A DNA stretch of 64,000 nucleotides. It comes from an uncultured Actinomycetes bacterium (lineage in GTDB: Bacteria > Actinomycetota > Thermoleophilia > Gaiellales > Gaiellaceae). A program made the translations under genes and the position numbers. Position 1 is the first letter of the stretch; each line of letters opens with the position of its first letter. Location: assembly GCA_963712465.1 (NCBI GenBank), contig CAVQHY010000007.1, positions 81,379-145,378 of the forward strand, written 5' to 3'. Positions 43,598-53,825 of this stretch are shown here, piece by piece. A model generated the notes under the pieces. The model was not told where the DNA came from. It was given only the letters and a program-made list of their open reading frames with translations, and ran no database searches.

Positions 43598-45121
43598 CTA
43601 GCGGGCCCGCTTCAGGAGATCGAAGATGCCGCGGACGATCTCCTTCTGCACCGTTGGCGACCCGAGCATGTCGGCGAGCGGGTCTGCCGGCGGCGGCGTG
43701 CTCTTGCGCCTCGACCGTCGCTTCGGCGTCTGGTGCGGCGCGGGGGGAAGCCCGTCCTCCGGGGTTGACGAGGTCGCCGGCGCCTCGAGGCGGGCGGCCA
43801 GCAGCTCCTTGGCGCTCTGCGGGTCGAGCCGAGTTCCGTACTTCGCAAACAGCGGCGAGGCAGTCGCGACGACGTCGACGTCGTCGGCGGGGCCCATCCG
43901 CGACGCGGGCGCGCGCAGGCGCGTGTGGACGACCGGGGTGGGCACGCCGTGCTCGTCGAGGATCGTCACGGCCGCCTCGCCGGTGCCGAGCGAGGTCAGG
44001 AGCTGATCGAGGTCGTAGAGCTCTGACCTCGGGTAGGTTCCGACGGTCGCCCTGAGCGCCTTCGCGTCGTCGGGCGTGAAGGCCCTGAGCGCGTGCTGAA
44101 TGCGGTTGCCGAGCTGGGCGAGAACGTCCTTATGGACATCCTTGGGCTGCTGGGTGACGAAGAACACCCCTACCCCCTTGGAGCGGATCATGCGCACGGT
44201 CTGCGCGACCGACTCGACGAAGGCCTTGCTCGCACCCGTGAAGAGCAGGTGCGCCTCGTCGAAGAAGAAGACCAGCTTCGGCCTCTCGAGGTCGCCGACC
44301 TCGGGCAGGTCCTCGAACAGCTCGGCGAGCATCCACATCAGCGCGGTCGAGAAGAGCGCAGGCCGATCCTGAACGGCGGCGAGCTCGAGACACGAAACCA
44401 CGCCGCGGCCGTCGAGGGAGGTACGAAGCAGATCGTCGAGGACGAGCTCGGGCTCGCCGAAGAACTCCGACCCGCCTCCGTCCTCGAGCGCGACGAGCGC
44501 GCGGAGGAGAACGCCGACGGTGGCCGGGGAGACGCCGCCGATCCCCTTCAGGTCCGCCTTGCCGGCGTCCGAGTCGAAGTAGGTGAGCAGCGCACGGAGA
44601 TCCGACAGGTCGACAAGCGGAAGCCCTTTGTCGTCGGCGAAGCGAAAGACCAGCTGCAGGCTCTGCTCCTGCGTCTGGTTCGCGTCGAGGATCTTCGCGA
44701 GCAGAAGCGGGCCGAAGTCCGAGACGGTCGCGCGGACGGGGACGCCCGGGCCGATCCCGCCGAGAGACAGGAACTCGACCGGCGAGCCCGCGGGTGTGAA
44801 CGCCAGCCCGAGCTCGTCCATGCGCTTCGCTGCGGGCCCGTCGGTGCCACCCGGCTGCGAGATGCCCGACAGATCTCCCTTGTAGTCGGCCGCGAAGACC
44901 GGCACGCCGGCCGCCGACAGCTGCTCCGCGAGCAGCTGCAGCGTGATCGTCTTGCCGGTGCCGGTAGCGCCGGCGATCAGGCCGTGGCGGTTCATCATCC
45001 CGAGCGGGATCTGCACGACGGCGTCCGCGGCTGTCTCGCCGTCGAGCACTCCCCGGCCGAGCTCGATCGCGGGCCCGTCGGCCGCGTACGCCTTCGCGAT
45101 CGTGTCCGAGAACTCGCTCAC
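43598..45121 (-). CDS. HerA-like/DUF853 family P-loop ATPase (YjgR-like).
   Basis: MNRHGLIAGATGTGKTITLQLLAEQLS (Walker A)...KLVFFFDEAHLLF (Walker B). Basic disordered C-terminal tail. Confidence 0.8.
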   Translation of the reverse strand: MSEFSDTIAKAYAADGPAIELGRGVLDGETAADAVVQIPLGMMNRHGLIAGATGTGKTITLQLLAEQLSAAGVPVFAADYKGDLSGISQPGGTDGPAAKRMDELGLAFTPAGSPVEFLSLGGIGPGVPVRATVSDFGPLLLAKILDANQTQEQSLQLVFRFADDKGLPLVDLSDLRALLTYFDSDAGKADLKGIGGVSPATVGVLLRALVALEDGGGSEFFGEPELVLDDLLRTSLDGRGVVSCLELAAVQDRPALFSTALMWMLAELFEDLPEVGDLERPKLVFFFDEAHLLFTGASKAFVESVAQTVRMIRSKGVGVFFVTQQPKDVHKDVLAQLGNRIQHALRAFTPDDAKALRATVGTYPRSELYDLDQLLTSLGTGEAAVTILDEHGVPTPVVHTRLRAPASRMGPADDVDVVATASPLFAKYGTRLDPQSAKELLAARLEAPATSSTPEDGLPPAPHQTPKRRSRRKSTPPPADPLADMLGSPTVQKEIVRGIFDLLKRAR

Positions 45122-45137
45122 CGGCTGGGCGGCGAGT

Positions 45138-45752
45138 CTACGGGATCGCCGTCGTTACCACCCGGGCCGCGTGCGCCGCCTCGTAGGCGGCGATCTCGCT
45201 CTCGTGCTCGAGCGTCAGGCCGATCTCGTCGAGGCCGTTCAGCAACCGGTGCCGGGTCATCTCGTCGAAGGCGAACGGGACGGTGCGCCCATCCGGAGCG
45301 GTGATCGTGCCGGCCTCGAGGTCGACGGAGATCTCCGAGCCCGTGTCCATGTTCACCGACTCCATCAGCCGCTTGACCTCGTCGGCCTCGAGCACAATCG
45401 GGACGAGCCCGATCTTGGTGCAGTTGGTGTAGAAGATGTCGCCGAACGACGGCGCGACGACGACCTCGAAGCCGTAGTCGGCGAGCGCCCACGGCGCGTG
45501 CTCGCGCGAGGAGCCACAGCCGAAGTTCCGGCCGGCGAGCAGCACCTTCGCGCCGGCGAAGGCAGGATCGCTCAGCTCGAAGTCGGGCCGCGGCTCGCCG
45601 TTTTGATCGAAGCGCCAGTCGTGAAACAGGAACTCGCCGAAGCCCGTCCGCTCGATCCGCTTCAGGAACTGCTGCGGAACGATCTGGTCGGTATCGACGT
45701 CGGCACGGTCGAGGACGGCGACCTTCCCGGTGACCCGGCGAAAAGGCTTCAC
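45138..45752 (-). CDS. leuD: 3-isopropylmalate dehydratase small subunit.
   Basis: [37 protein letters not shown]...[24 protein letters not shown] overlap with leuC. Confidence 0.9.
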   Translation of the reverse strand: MKPFRRVTGKVAVLDRADVDTDQIVPQQFLKRIERTGFGEFLFHDWRFDQNGEPRPDFELSDPAFAGAKVLLAGRNFGCGSSREHAPWALADYGFEVVVAPSFGDIFYTNCTKIGLVPIVLEADEVKRLMESVNMDTGSEISVDLEAGTITAPDGRTVPFAFDEMTRHRLLNGLDEIGLTLEHESEIAAYEAAHAARVVTTAIP

Positions 45753-47221
45753 GTGGCTCCCACAACCCCACCCCCGCCCTCGATAGTCCCGCCCAGGCCC
45801 GCCCGGGCGCCCCACGTAACACCGGCAAGCTCGAGCTCCCGGACGTCGACGAAATGGCCCTCGATCGCCGCGGCGGCGGCCATCGCCGGGCTGACGAGAT
45901 GCGTCCGGCCGCCGCGACCTTGTCGGCCCTCGAAGTTCCGGTTCGACGTAGACGCGCAGCGCTCGCCCGGGCCCAGGACGTCTGGGTTCATTCCGATGCA
46001 CATCGAGCACCCCGCTTCCCGCCACTCGAACCCTGCGTCGCGAAAGACGCGGTCGAGACCCTCCTCCTCGGCCGCGCGCTTTACCTGGGCCGAGCCGGGG
46101 ACGACGAGCGCCCGCACCCGTGGGCTGACGGTCCGGCCGGCGACGACGGCAGCCGCGGCACGCAGGTCCTCGATCCGCGAGTTCGTGCACGAGCCGATGA
46201 ACACGCGGTCGACGGCGATGTCCTCGATCGCCGTCCCCGCACGGAGGGCCATGTACTCGAGCGCCCGCTCGACGGCGGCGCGCTCGTCGGGGTCGGCGTA
46301 GTCGTCGGGGGACGGGACGCGCCCGTCGACCGGCGCGACCATCCCCGGGTTCGTCCCCCAGGTGACCTGAGGTCGCAGCTCGTCGACGTCGATCTCGACG
46401 ACCGAGTCGAACTCGGCGCCGTCGTCGGTCGCCAGCGACCGCCAGCGCTCGACCGCCTCGTCCCACGCGGCACCTTTCGGCACGGCGGGACGCCCCTCGA
46501 GGTAGGCGAACGTCGTGTCGTCCGGACCGACCATCCCCGCCCGAGCGCCCGCCTCGATCGACATGTTGCAGATCGTCATCCGGCCCTCCATCGACAGGGC
46601 GCGGATCACCGGTCCCGCGTACTCGAGCACGTGGCCGGCACCGCCCGAGACGCCAAGCCGGCCGATCGTCCCGAGAATGACGTCCTTGGGCGTCAGGCCG
46701 AGGCGCAGCTCGCCCCGGATGTCCACGAGCAGCGTCCGCGGGCGTCGCTGCGGCAGCGTCTGCGTCGCGAACACGTGCTCGAGCTCGGAGGTGCCGATCC
46801 CGAACGCGAGCGCGCCGAAGGCGCCGTGCGTGGACGTGTGGCTGTCGCCGCACACGATCGTCATCCCGGGCTGCGTCAGACCGAGCTCCGGTCCGATCAC
46901 GTGGACGATCCCCTCGCGGCCCGACCCCGTCGCGTAGATCGGAACCCCGTACTCGGCGCAGTTGCGCTCGAGCGCTTCGAGCTGGGCCCGGGCGAGCGGG
47001 TCGCCGACCGGGCCGCCGTCGGTCGGAACGTTGTGATCCATCGTCGCGATCGTCCGGTCGGGTCGCCGCACGCCGCGGCCGGCCAGCCGCAGGCCGTCGA
47101 ACGCCTGCGGCGAGGTCACCTCGTGGATCAGGTGGAGGTCGACGTAGAGGATCGCGGGCTCGCCCGGCTGCTCGTGGACGACGTGATCGTCCCAGACTTT
47201 CGCGAACAGGGTCTGCGGCAT
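45749..47221 (-). CDS. leuC: 3-isopropylmalate dehydratase large subunit.
   Basis: [15 protein letters not shown]...[14 protein letters not shown]...[24 protein letters not shown]...[12 protein letters not shown]...CSMCIGMN. Carries a Gly-rich C-terminal extension of about 25 aa. Confidence 0.92.
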   Translation of the reverse strand: MPQTLFAKVWDDHVVHEQPGEPAILYVDLHLIHEVTSPQAFDGLRLAGRGVRRPDRTIATMDHNVPTDGGPVGDPLARAQLEALERNCAEYGVPIYATGSGREGIVHVIGPELGLTQPGMTIVCGDSHTSTHGAFGALAFGIGTSELEHVFATQTLPQRRPRTLLVDIRGELRLGLTPKDVILGTIGRLGVSGGAGHVLEYAGPVIRALSMEGRMTICNMSIEAGARAGMVGPDDTTFAYLEGRPAVPKGAAWDEAVERWRSLATDDGAEFDSVVEIDVDELRPQVTWGTNPGMVAPVDGRVPSPDDYADPDERAAVERALEYMALRAGTAIEDIAVDRVFIGSCTNSRIEDLRAAAAVVAGRTVSPRVRALVVPGSAQVKRAAEEEGLDRVFRDAGFEWREAGCSMCIGMNPDVLGPGERCASTSNRNFEGRQGRGGRTHLVSPAMAAAAAIEGHFVDVRELELAGVTWGARAGLGGTIEGGGGVVGAT

Positions 47222-47327
47222 CTGGTAGCGGTTATACCACCCGGCCGACGGCCCAGCTCAGACCCGGGCGATCCATGCAAGAGTTCTGGCCGACGGGGTC
47301 GGCTCGAGTCGAAAGGCGGTGACCTGA

Positions 47328-47648
47328 ATGGCGCGGTACCTGATCCAGGGCTCCTATACGGCCGCGGGCGCGAAGGGCATCCTCGCGGAGGGCGGGTCGA
47401 AGCGGCGGGCGGCGGTGGACGAGATGGTGAAGGGCCTGGGCGGCTCGATCGAGAGCTTCTACTTCGCCCTCGGCGACGAGGACGTCTGCGTGATCGTCGA
47501 GGCGCCCTCGAACGTGGACGTGGCAGCCGTCAGCCTCGCCGTCGGCGCCTCGGGCGCGGTGCGGCTCCGGACGACTGCGCTGCTCACGCCCGAGGAGATG
47601 GACGAGGCGGCCAAGAAGAGCGTCGCCTACCGACCGCCGGGCGGGTAA
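47328..47648 (+). CDS. GYD domain-containing protein.
   Basis: MARYLIQGSYTAAGAKGILAEGGSKRRAAVDEMVKGLGGSIESFYFALGDEDVCVIVEAP. Confidence 0.8.
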   Translation: MARYLIQGSYTAAGAKGILAEGGSKRRAAVDEMVKGLGGSIESFYFALGDEDVCVIVEAPSNVDVAAVSLAVGASGAVRLRTTALLTPEEMDEAAKKSVAYRPPGG

Positions 47649-47654
47649 GGCGCG

Positions 47655-48398
47655 TCAGGGCCGCTCGGCGAGGATCCGGACGGGCTCGACGGGGGCGGCA
47701 GCGAGGTCGGCGCGGAAGGCGTCGTCGCCCGCCCAGGCCTCCTTGGGCACGAGCCGGCGCAGGAGTGTGAGCTCGACGGGCGACTCGGCGAACGGGTAGG
47801 GATCGATCGAGACGTGCCACGGCCCGCGCGACTCGAGGCCATATTCGGCGACCTCGCCGGACGTGCCTGCGTCGTGGTCTCTCATGCAGAAGAAGATCGA
47901 GAGGCGGTCCCAGAGCTGGAGCAGCCGGTAGCCCTCCCAGCGCTCGTCGTCGGCGATGCCGAGGGCGGCGATCCGGTCCGGGAAGCCGTCCTCCTGCTCT
48001 CTGACGAAGACGTCCACGAGCGCCTGATCGTCCGCGGCCCGCGACAGGGATAGGCCCGGATCGGTGCCGTAGCGGCCGTTGTAGATGCCCGCGCCGTGCA
48101 TCGAGAGGAGCAGGCCGGCGTACGGGTCGTGATCGGTGACCGCCGCGATCGCCGCCCGGTAGAAGGCCAGGTGGGAGGGCACCTGGACGTCGAGGAAGTT
48201 GCGCGGCCGCCCCTCCTCGTCGAGACCGGGCGCGCGCTCCCAGATCGCCCACCCGTCGTCGTGGCGGCGCGCGACGATCTCGAGCGAACGAAACGGCTCC
48301 GGGCGCGGCGACCACGCGCGCACGAACTGGCCGCAGAGATCGGCATGGTCGGTCTGGAGCACGATCTGCCACGCGTCGCCGGCATCGCGGACGAACAT
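47655..48398 (-). CDS. DUF3891-like protein.
   Basis: WQIVLQTDHADLCGQFVRAW...RRHDDGWAIWE. 247 aa. Family assignment is from memory of the motif and only moderately sure. Confidence 0.6.
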   Translation of the reverse strand: MFVRDAGDAWQIVLQTDHADLCGQFVRAWSPRPEPFRSLEIVARRHDDGWAIWERAPGLDEEGRPRNFLDVQVPSHLAFYRAAIAAVTDHDPYAGLLLSMHGAGIYNGRYGTDPGLSLSRAADDQALVDVFVREQEDGFPDRIAALGIADDERWEGYRLLQLWDRLSIFFCMRDHDAGTSGEVAEYGLESRGPWHVSIDPYPFAESPVELTLLRRLVPKEAWAGDDAFRADLAAAPVEPVRILAERP

Positions 48399-48434
48399 TG
48401 CTCCATTCTGGCATCGCTTCTACGATCTGTCGCA

Positions 48435-49130
48435 ATGGGTAGTCGAACGCTCGAGTACGCATCGCACGCTCGCCGCCTCGGCACGGGCGTCATGCTCAAG
48501 TCAGCGGCGGACACGCTCTGGGGGGCGAAGAGGTTTCTCGGGCTCCGGGCGGACCTTGCTGAGCTGCCGCAGGTGAAACCCGCCAAGGTGGCCGTAGCGA
48601 TGGAGCCGCGCGACGTCCGTTCTTTCAGGGGCTTCGACGAAGAGTTGCGTCAAACCTCCGGCACCGACCACGCCCAGGTGCTTTTCCGGACCTGGCTGGC
48701 CGCCGCCGGCGTTCAGGAGCTCTATGCAGCAGTGGACGACGCCGGCGCCCCAGTCTACGTTCAGTGGCTCGTGCGACACCGCGATCAGCACCTTCTCCGG
48801 GATGAAGCGCCGAACCGACACCCCGAGCTCCGGCCCGACGAGGTGCTGCTCGAGGGCGCTTACACCTTCGTCGCGTTCCGGCGCATGGGGGTCATGGCCG
48901 ACGGAATGTCACAGCTCCTCCACACGGCCGCGGCCGAGGGAGCGCGAACGGCATTTACCTATGTGGAGCCCGACAACATCGGCTCGATGCGCGGCTGCGC
49001 GAGCGCCGGCTTCGTGCTCGACCATGTGCGCGTCAACTCCCGCCGGCTCGGCCGGACCGTCAGTACGGTGCGACCGGCTGACGCGACGGAGACCGACAGC
49101 TGGCAGGGCGCGGTGGGCCCGGCTGCGTAG
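48435..49130 (+). CDS. GNAT-family N-acetyltransferase.
   Basis: AYTFVAFRRMGVMADGMSQLLHTAAAEGARTAFTYVEPDNIGSMRGCASAGF is acetyl-CoA-binding motif A-like. ATG 48435 follows the divergent DUF3891 gene. Confidence 0.7.
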   Translation: MGSRTLEYASHARRLGTGVMLKSAADTLWGAKRFLGLRADLAELPQVKPAKVAVAMEPRDVRSFRGFDEELRQTSGTDHAQVLFRTWLAAAGVQELYAAVDDAGAPVYVQWLVRHRDQHLLRDEAPNRHPELRPDEVLLEGAYTFVAFRRMGVMADGMSQLLHTAAAEGARTAFTYVEPDNIGSMRGCASAGFVLDHVRVNSRRLGRTVSTVRPADATETDSWQGAVGPAA

Positions 49131-49159
49131 CGGGCCAAGCGCGCCATCCGCGTTCTCGG

Positions 49160-49783
49160 CTAGCAAGCATGTGCGCCTGCGAGCTCGGCGAGGTGCGCCA
49201 GGACCGCGCTCGCAGTGACAACGTCGGCGTACTTCGTGTCGAGGTCGTACAGGTTCGCCTCGTGCGCGGCTGGATTGCGGTCGCCGACGGCCTCGCGGGG
49301 TATGACGACCCGGTAGCCGTGCTGGAGCGCGTCCACCGCCGTCGCGCGGACGCAGCCCGACGTCGACGCGCCGGCCACGATCACGGTGTCGCAGCCATGC
49401 GTGGCGAGGATCGACGCGAGCCCGGTGCCGAAGAACGCGGAGGCCCAGCACTTCACGATCACGGCCTCGCCGTCGGTCGGCGCGATGCGCGGGTCGATCT
49501 CGATCCAGGGCGAGCCGGCCTCGAGCGCCAGCAGCGCGGGCACCTTCTCGATGAAGACCGCGGCCGCCTGCTTCGCCGCGTCGTCGAAGGCGACGGTGGT
49601 GAAGACGACGGGAACACCCGCGCGGCGCGCTCCGTCGAGCAGGCTGCGGATCGCCTCGACGACGTCGTCGAGCTCGCAGACGAGCGGCGAGGCAGGGTCG
49701 GTGAAGCCGACGTTGACGTCGACGACGACGAGAGCCGGACGGCGCCCGAAGCCGACGCGGCCGTGGAATCCCTCGAACTTCAT
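49160..49783 (-). CDS. Isochorismatase-family hydrolase (N-carbamoylsarcosine amidase-like).
   Basis: ALVVVDVNVGFTDP...VPVVFTT...WASAFFGTGL...IVAGASTSGCVRATAVDALQHGY. Last gene of the hyuAB operon. Confidence 0.8.
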   Translation of the reverse strand: MKFEGFHGRVGFGRRPALVVVDVNVGFTDPASPLVCELDDVVEAIRSLLDGARRAGVPVVFTTVAFDDAAKQAAAVFIEKVPALLALEAGSPWIEIDPRIAPTDGEAVIVKCWASAFFGTGLASILATHGCDTVIVAGASTSGCVRATAVDALQHGYRVVIPREAVGDRNPAAHEANLYDLDTKYADVVTASAVLAHLAELAGAHAC

Positions 49784-49821
49784 CGGCGCACCACCTCCTC
49801 GATCGAGCGAGCCATGCCGCC

Positions 49822-51738
49822 CTACGAGGGCCTCGGAATGCCGTCGCCCTCCCTCACCCGCGCCAGAGCGTCCTCGCCCGACTCGAGCGGCGACCAGCGA
49901 AGCGGCTTCGCCGGCGTCGGCGGCTCGAGCCCCGTCTCCTCCTGGCAGCGAGCCAGCACGTCCTCGAGCGGCGGTCCGTAGTCGAACGCCAGCGCATCGC
50001 CGCGCTCGGCGCGCTGGCGCGCTCGCTCGACCTCGGTCCCCCCGGCATCGCCGACGACGACGCCGTACCCCTCCTTCGCAGCCTCAGGGCTGACGAGCCC
50101 GAACGCGACGTCGCGCTCGACCGCCTCGACCGGCCGGTCGAGGCGGTCCTTCCAGCCACCCCCGCCTGCCGTTCGGTAGACGAGCATGTCGCCGGGCTCG
50201 ACCTCGACGTTGTCGCACTTGGAAGGCAGCACCTGCTCGGTCCCGTCGGCGCGCACGAGCAGCTTCGAGGAGCGCGCGCCCGGCCGGCCGCCGAGCACTC
50301 CCCACGGGCGTGTCAACCAGCGGTCGTCGTGGATCGAGACCTCGCCCGGCTCGAGATAGACGTAGCGCTTCTCGACCCCGTTACCGCCGCGATGGAAGCC
50401 GGGGCCGCCCGAGTCGGTCACGGTCGTGTAGCCGTCGATCCGCAGCGGGTAGTACGCCTCGAGGTACTCGGTCGGGATGTTCTCGAACAGCGGCCACCAC
50501 GAATGCCCGTCCATCCCGTCGCCGATCGGCCGGCCGGGAATCCCGCCGTAGAGGATCTCCATCGAGTAGAAGAACTCTCCCCGGCCGTCCCAGCCCGAGT
50601 AGAGCATGTACGGGCTCGTGCCGTAGCCCGACGCGGTGTTCAGCTCGGGCGCGTTCTTGCAGAGCGCGCCGCCGAGCACGTCGAACAGCCGCGCGAGCGC
50701 GTGCGTGCGGCAGCCGAGCGCCGACGGGAAGCGTGGGTTGAGCAGGCTCCCCTTCGGCATGACGACGTGCAGGAGCGGGTAGAAGCCGTCGTTGAAGAGA
50801 ATCTGGGGATCGTTGACCATGATCAGGTAGATCCCGATGAACATCTTGAACATGCCCTCGGAGAGATAGAAGTTGATCGGGCCGAGGGCCTGCGGGTCGG
50901 TGCCCGACCAGTCGAAGAAGGCGTGGTCGCCTTCCCGCCAGATCGTCAGCTGCATCCTGAACGGGCCGTTGCCGAGGCCGTCGTCGTCGACGTAGTCGAC
51001 GAACGTCTGCGGCTCCTCGGGGATCGCGACGCTGATCAGGAAGCGCATCGCCTCGTACGTGCGGTCGAGCAGCGCCTGCAGCCCGGCGAGATACGTGTCC
51101 TTGCCGAAGCGGTCGCAGAGCTCGATCACGCGCTTCTCGCCCGCACGGCAGCCGGCGACGATCGCGAAGAGGTCGGCCCGGTTCATCTCGGGCAGGCGGA
51201 CGTTGTTGAAGATCAGCCTGAGGACGTCCTCCTGCGGCTCTCCGCGCTCGATGATCTTGAGCGGCGGGATGATGATCCCCTCCTCGAAGATCGTCCTCGC
51301 TCCGGTCGGGAGCGAGCCGGGGAGCGGCCCGCCCGCGTCCATCTGGTGGCCGAACTGCGACGACCAGCCGACCAGCTCGTCGTCGTAGAAGATCGGGACG
51401 AGGACGAGCCAGTCGTTCGTGTGCGAGATCGAGGCCGAGCACTTGAACGGGTCGGACGTGAGGATGACGTCGCCCGGGTAGATCCCCCGGTCCCACTCCT
51501 CCATCATCTCGTTGATGTAGGCGCCGAACTGGCCGACGACCATGCGCCCGCGCGGGTCGGTGATCATCGGGAACTCGTCGTGCTGCTCCCGGATCACGGG
51601 GCTCATCGCCGAGCGAAACAGCACGGCGTCCATCTCGAAGCGCGCGCTCTTCAGCGCGCCCTCGATGATGTCCAGGGTGACCGGGTCGATCTCGAGGTCG
51701 GGGATCTCGGCGATCCGGAGCTCTTCGGTGATGGCCAT
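49822..51738 (-). CDS. hyuB: Hydantoinase B/oxoprolinase family protein (N-methylhydantoinase B-like).
   Basis: 638 aa. DPVTLDIIEGALKSARFEMDAVLFRSAMSPVIREQHDEFPMI is the typical HyuB N-terminus. Confidence 0.85.
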   Translation of the reverse strand: MAITEELRIAEIPDLEIDPVTLDIIEGALKSARFEMDAVLFRSAMSPVIREQHDEFPMITDPRGRMVVGQFGAYINEMMEEWDRGIYPGDVILTSDPFKCSASISHTNDWLVLVPIFYDDELVGWSSQFGHQMDAGGPLPGSLPTGARTIFEEGIIIPPLKIIERGEPQEDVLRLIFNNVRLPEMNRADLFAIVAGCRAGEKRVIELCDRFGKDTYLAGLQALLDRTYEAMRFLISVAIPEEPQTFVDYVDDDGLGNGPFRMQLTIWREGDHAFFDWSGTDPQALGPINFYLSEGMFKMFIGIYLIMVNDPQILFNDGFYPLLHVVMPKGSLLNPRFPSALGCRTHALARLFDVLGGALCKNAPELNTASGYGTSPYMLYSGWDGRGEFFYSMEILYGGIPGRPIGDGMDGHSWWPLFENIPTEYLEAYYPLRIDGYTTVTDSGGPGFHRGGNGVEKRYVYLEPGEVSIHDDRWLTRPWGVLGGRPGARSSKLLVRADGTEQVLPSKCDNVEVEPGDMLVYRTAGGGGWKDRLDRPVEAVERDVAFGLVSPEAAKEGYGVVVGDAGGTEVERARQRAERGDALAFDYGPPLEDVLARCQEETGLEPPTPAKPLRWSPLESGEDALARVREGDGIPRPS

Positions 51739-51749
51739 CGCGCTCTCCC

Positions 51750-53810
51750 TCAGCTCTTCGGGTTGATCAGGATGTTGAAGTTCACGTCGACCTCGGCCGC
51801 GTAGCCGGGCAGGACGACGGTGGTGGCGTCGAACTCGGTCACGATCGCCGGGCCGTCGAAGCGCATCCCGGGCGCGAGCCTCGCGCGGTCGTAGATCCTC
51901 GTCGGCACGCGCTCGCCCTCGAAGACGATCTCGTGCTCCTCGGCCAGGGCCGCCGCCGCGTCCTCCCGGCCGAGCTCGCCGACCGGCAGCTCCGGCTTGG
52001 GCACCGCGCCGAAGCCGATCGCGCGGAGGTTGACGATCTCGACCCGGGTGTCGTGCATGCGAAAGCCGTACAGCTGCTCGTGGAGGCCGTTGAAGCGCTC
52101 CTCGAGGTCGGCGAGCCCCCCGCTTCGCACCTCGTCAGGGTCGATCGCCACGGGAATCTCGTACCCCTGCCCCCGGTAGCGCATGTCCGCGGCGTAGGAG
52201 ACGCTTCGCGCCTCCTCGGCGATCCCCTCGCCGTCGAGCCAGCGGACGGCTCGTCCGCCGAGCTCGTCGAGGATGCCGCCGACCTCGGCGGGATCCGCCT
52301 CGTCGAGGATGCGGATGTAGGTGCGCGCGAACTCGTCGCGAAAGTCGGCGACGAGGTCGCCGATCGCGCAGAGGAGGCCGGGAGCGGGCGGCACCAGCAC
52401 CGGGAACGAGCCCATGATCTTCGCGACCGCGTTCGCGTGCAGCGGCCCGGCCCCGCCGTACGCGACGAGCGCGAACTCGCGCGGGTCGTGTCCGCGCTGG
52501 ACCGAGACGAGCCGCAGCGCGCCGGCCATGTTCTCGTTCACGATCGCGAGGATCCCCTCGGCGGCCGCCTCGACCGAGTCGAGGCCCATGGCATCGGCGA
52601 CGGTCTGAACCGCGGCTCGCGCGGCGTCGACGTCGAGCTCCATCTCGCCGCCCAGAAGGCGCGGTGGCAGGTGGCCGAGGACGACGTTCGCGTCGGTGAC
52701 GGTCGGCTCCTCGCCGCCTCTCCCGTATGCGGCGGGGCCCGGGTCGGCGCCTGCGGACTGCGGCCCGACGCGCAGCGCCTTCGTGAGCTGCGGAACATGG
52801 GCGATCGAGCCTCCGCCCGCTCCGACCGTGTGGACGTTGACGGAGGGGACCTTGATCCGGAAGTGGCTGATCGACGTCTCGCGGCCGATCGTCGGCTGGC
52901 CGTTCTGGCAGAGGGCGACGTCGGTCGACGTGCCGCCCATGTCGAACGTGAGGATGTCGTCGTACCCCGCCTTGCGGGCCACGAAGAGTGCGCCGGCGAC
53001 GCCACCGGACGGACCGGAGAGGATGCCGTAGATCGGGTTTCGAGCCGCCTCCTTCGTCGTCATCAGGCCGGCGTCGGAGCGGAGGAGGTTGACCTCGGCC
53101 TTCGCCCCGATCTCCGTGAGCGACCGCTGGAGCTGCTCGACGTAGGTGGCGACGCGCGGCCGGACGTAGGAGTTCATGCACGCCGTCAGGGTGCGCTCGT
53201 ACTCCCGAAACTCGGGGAGCACCTCCGACGAGAGCGTCACCGGGAACCCCGGGTAGAGGCGCTCGACGATCGCGCCGATCTGCTCCTCGTGCTTCGGCGA
53301 GACGTAGGAGTTGATCAGGCCGACCGTGAGCGACTCGACCCCTGATTCGACCAGGTCGCGGACGATCTCCTCGACCTGCTGCTCGTCGACGGCGACGATC
53401 GTGTTCCCGCGCGCGTCCATCCGCTCCACGGCCTCGCGCGTGTCGGCCAGCGACGCCGGAGGATCCGGCTTGATCATGATGATCCAGCCCGCGAGCGGCC
53501 CGGGGGTCTGCGAGCGCGCGAGGTGGAGGATCTGCTTGAAGCCCTGCGTCGTGATCAGGCCGACGCGGGCACCCTTGGACTCGAGCACCGCGTTCGTGGC
53601 GACCGTCGTGCCGTGGAGGATGTTCTTGCAGTCGGCGGCCTCGATGCCCGCCTCCTGGCAGATGCGGCCGACGCCGGCGAGGACTCCCTCGGACGGATCC
53701 GCGGGAGTCGAAGGCGTCTTGACGCGATACTGCGCGCCGCCGTTCGAGTCGCTCACGAGGAAGAGGTCGGTGAACGTTCCGCCGACGTCGACCCCCAGCC
53801 TGTACGCCAT
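51750..53810 (-). CDS. hyuA: Hydantoinase A/oxoprolinase family protein (N-methylhydantoinase A-like, ATP-hydrolysing).
   Basis: 686 aa. MAYRLGVDVGGTFTDLFL...LTFDMGGTSTDV are actin-like ATPase motifs. Confidence 0.88.
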   Translation of the reverse strand: MAYRLGVDVGGTFTDLFLVSDSNGGAQYRVKTPSTPADPSEGVLAGVGRICQEAGIEAADCKNILHGTTVATNAVLESKGARVGLITTQGFKQILHLARSQTPGPLAGWIIMIKPDPPASLADTREAVERMDARGNTIVAVDEQQVEEIVRDLVESGVESLTVGLINSYVSPKHEEQIGAIVERLYPGFPVTLSSEVLPEFREYERTLTACMNSYVRPRVATYVEQLQRSLTEIGAKAEVNLLRSDAGLMTTKEAARNPIYGILSGPSGGVAGALFVARKAGYDDILTFDMGGTSTDVALCQNGQPTIGRETSISHFRIKVPSVNVHTVGAGGGSIAHVPQLTKALRVGPQSAGADPGPAAYGRGGEEPTVTDANVVLGHLPPRLLGGEMELDVDAARAAVQTVADAMGLDSVEAAAEGILAIVNENMAGALRLVSVQRGHDPREFALVAYGGAGPLHANAVAKIMGSFPVLVPPAPGLLCAIGDLVADFRDEFARTYIRILDEADPAEVGGILDELGGRAVRWLDGEGIAEEARSVSYAADMRYRGQGYEIPVAIDPDEVRSGGLADLEERFNGLHEQLYGFRMHDTRVEIVNLRAIGFGAVPKPELPVGELGREDAAAALAEEHEIVFEGERVPTRIYDRARLAPGMRFDGPAIVTEFDATTVVLPGYAAEVDVNFNILINPKS

Positions 53811-53825
53811 GTGTGTCTTCCTTTC

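Noticed and set aside
45749-45838. Gly-rich extension of about 25 aa at the LeuC C-terminus ([29 protein letters not shown]) as a separate feature or frameshift.
   Set aside because: The frame is continuous and ends in a normal GTGA junction with leuD. It is most simply a lineage-specific tail, and nothing further can be concluded from sequence alone.
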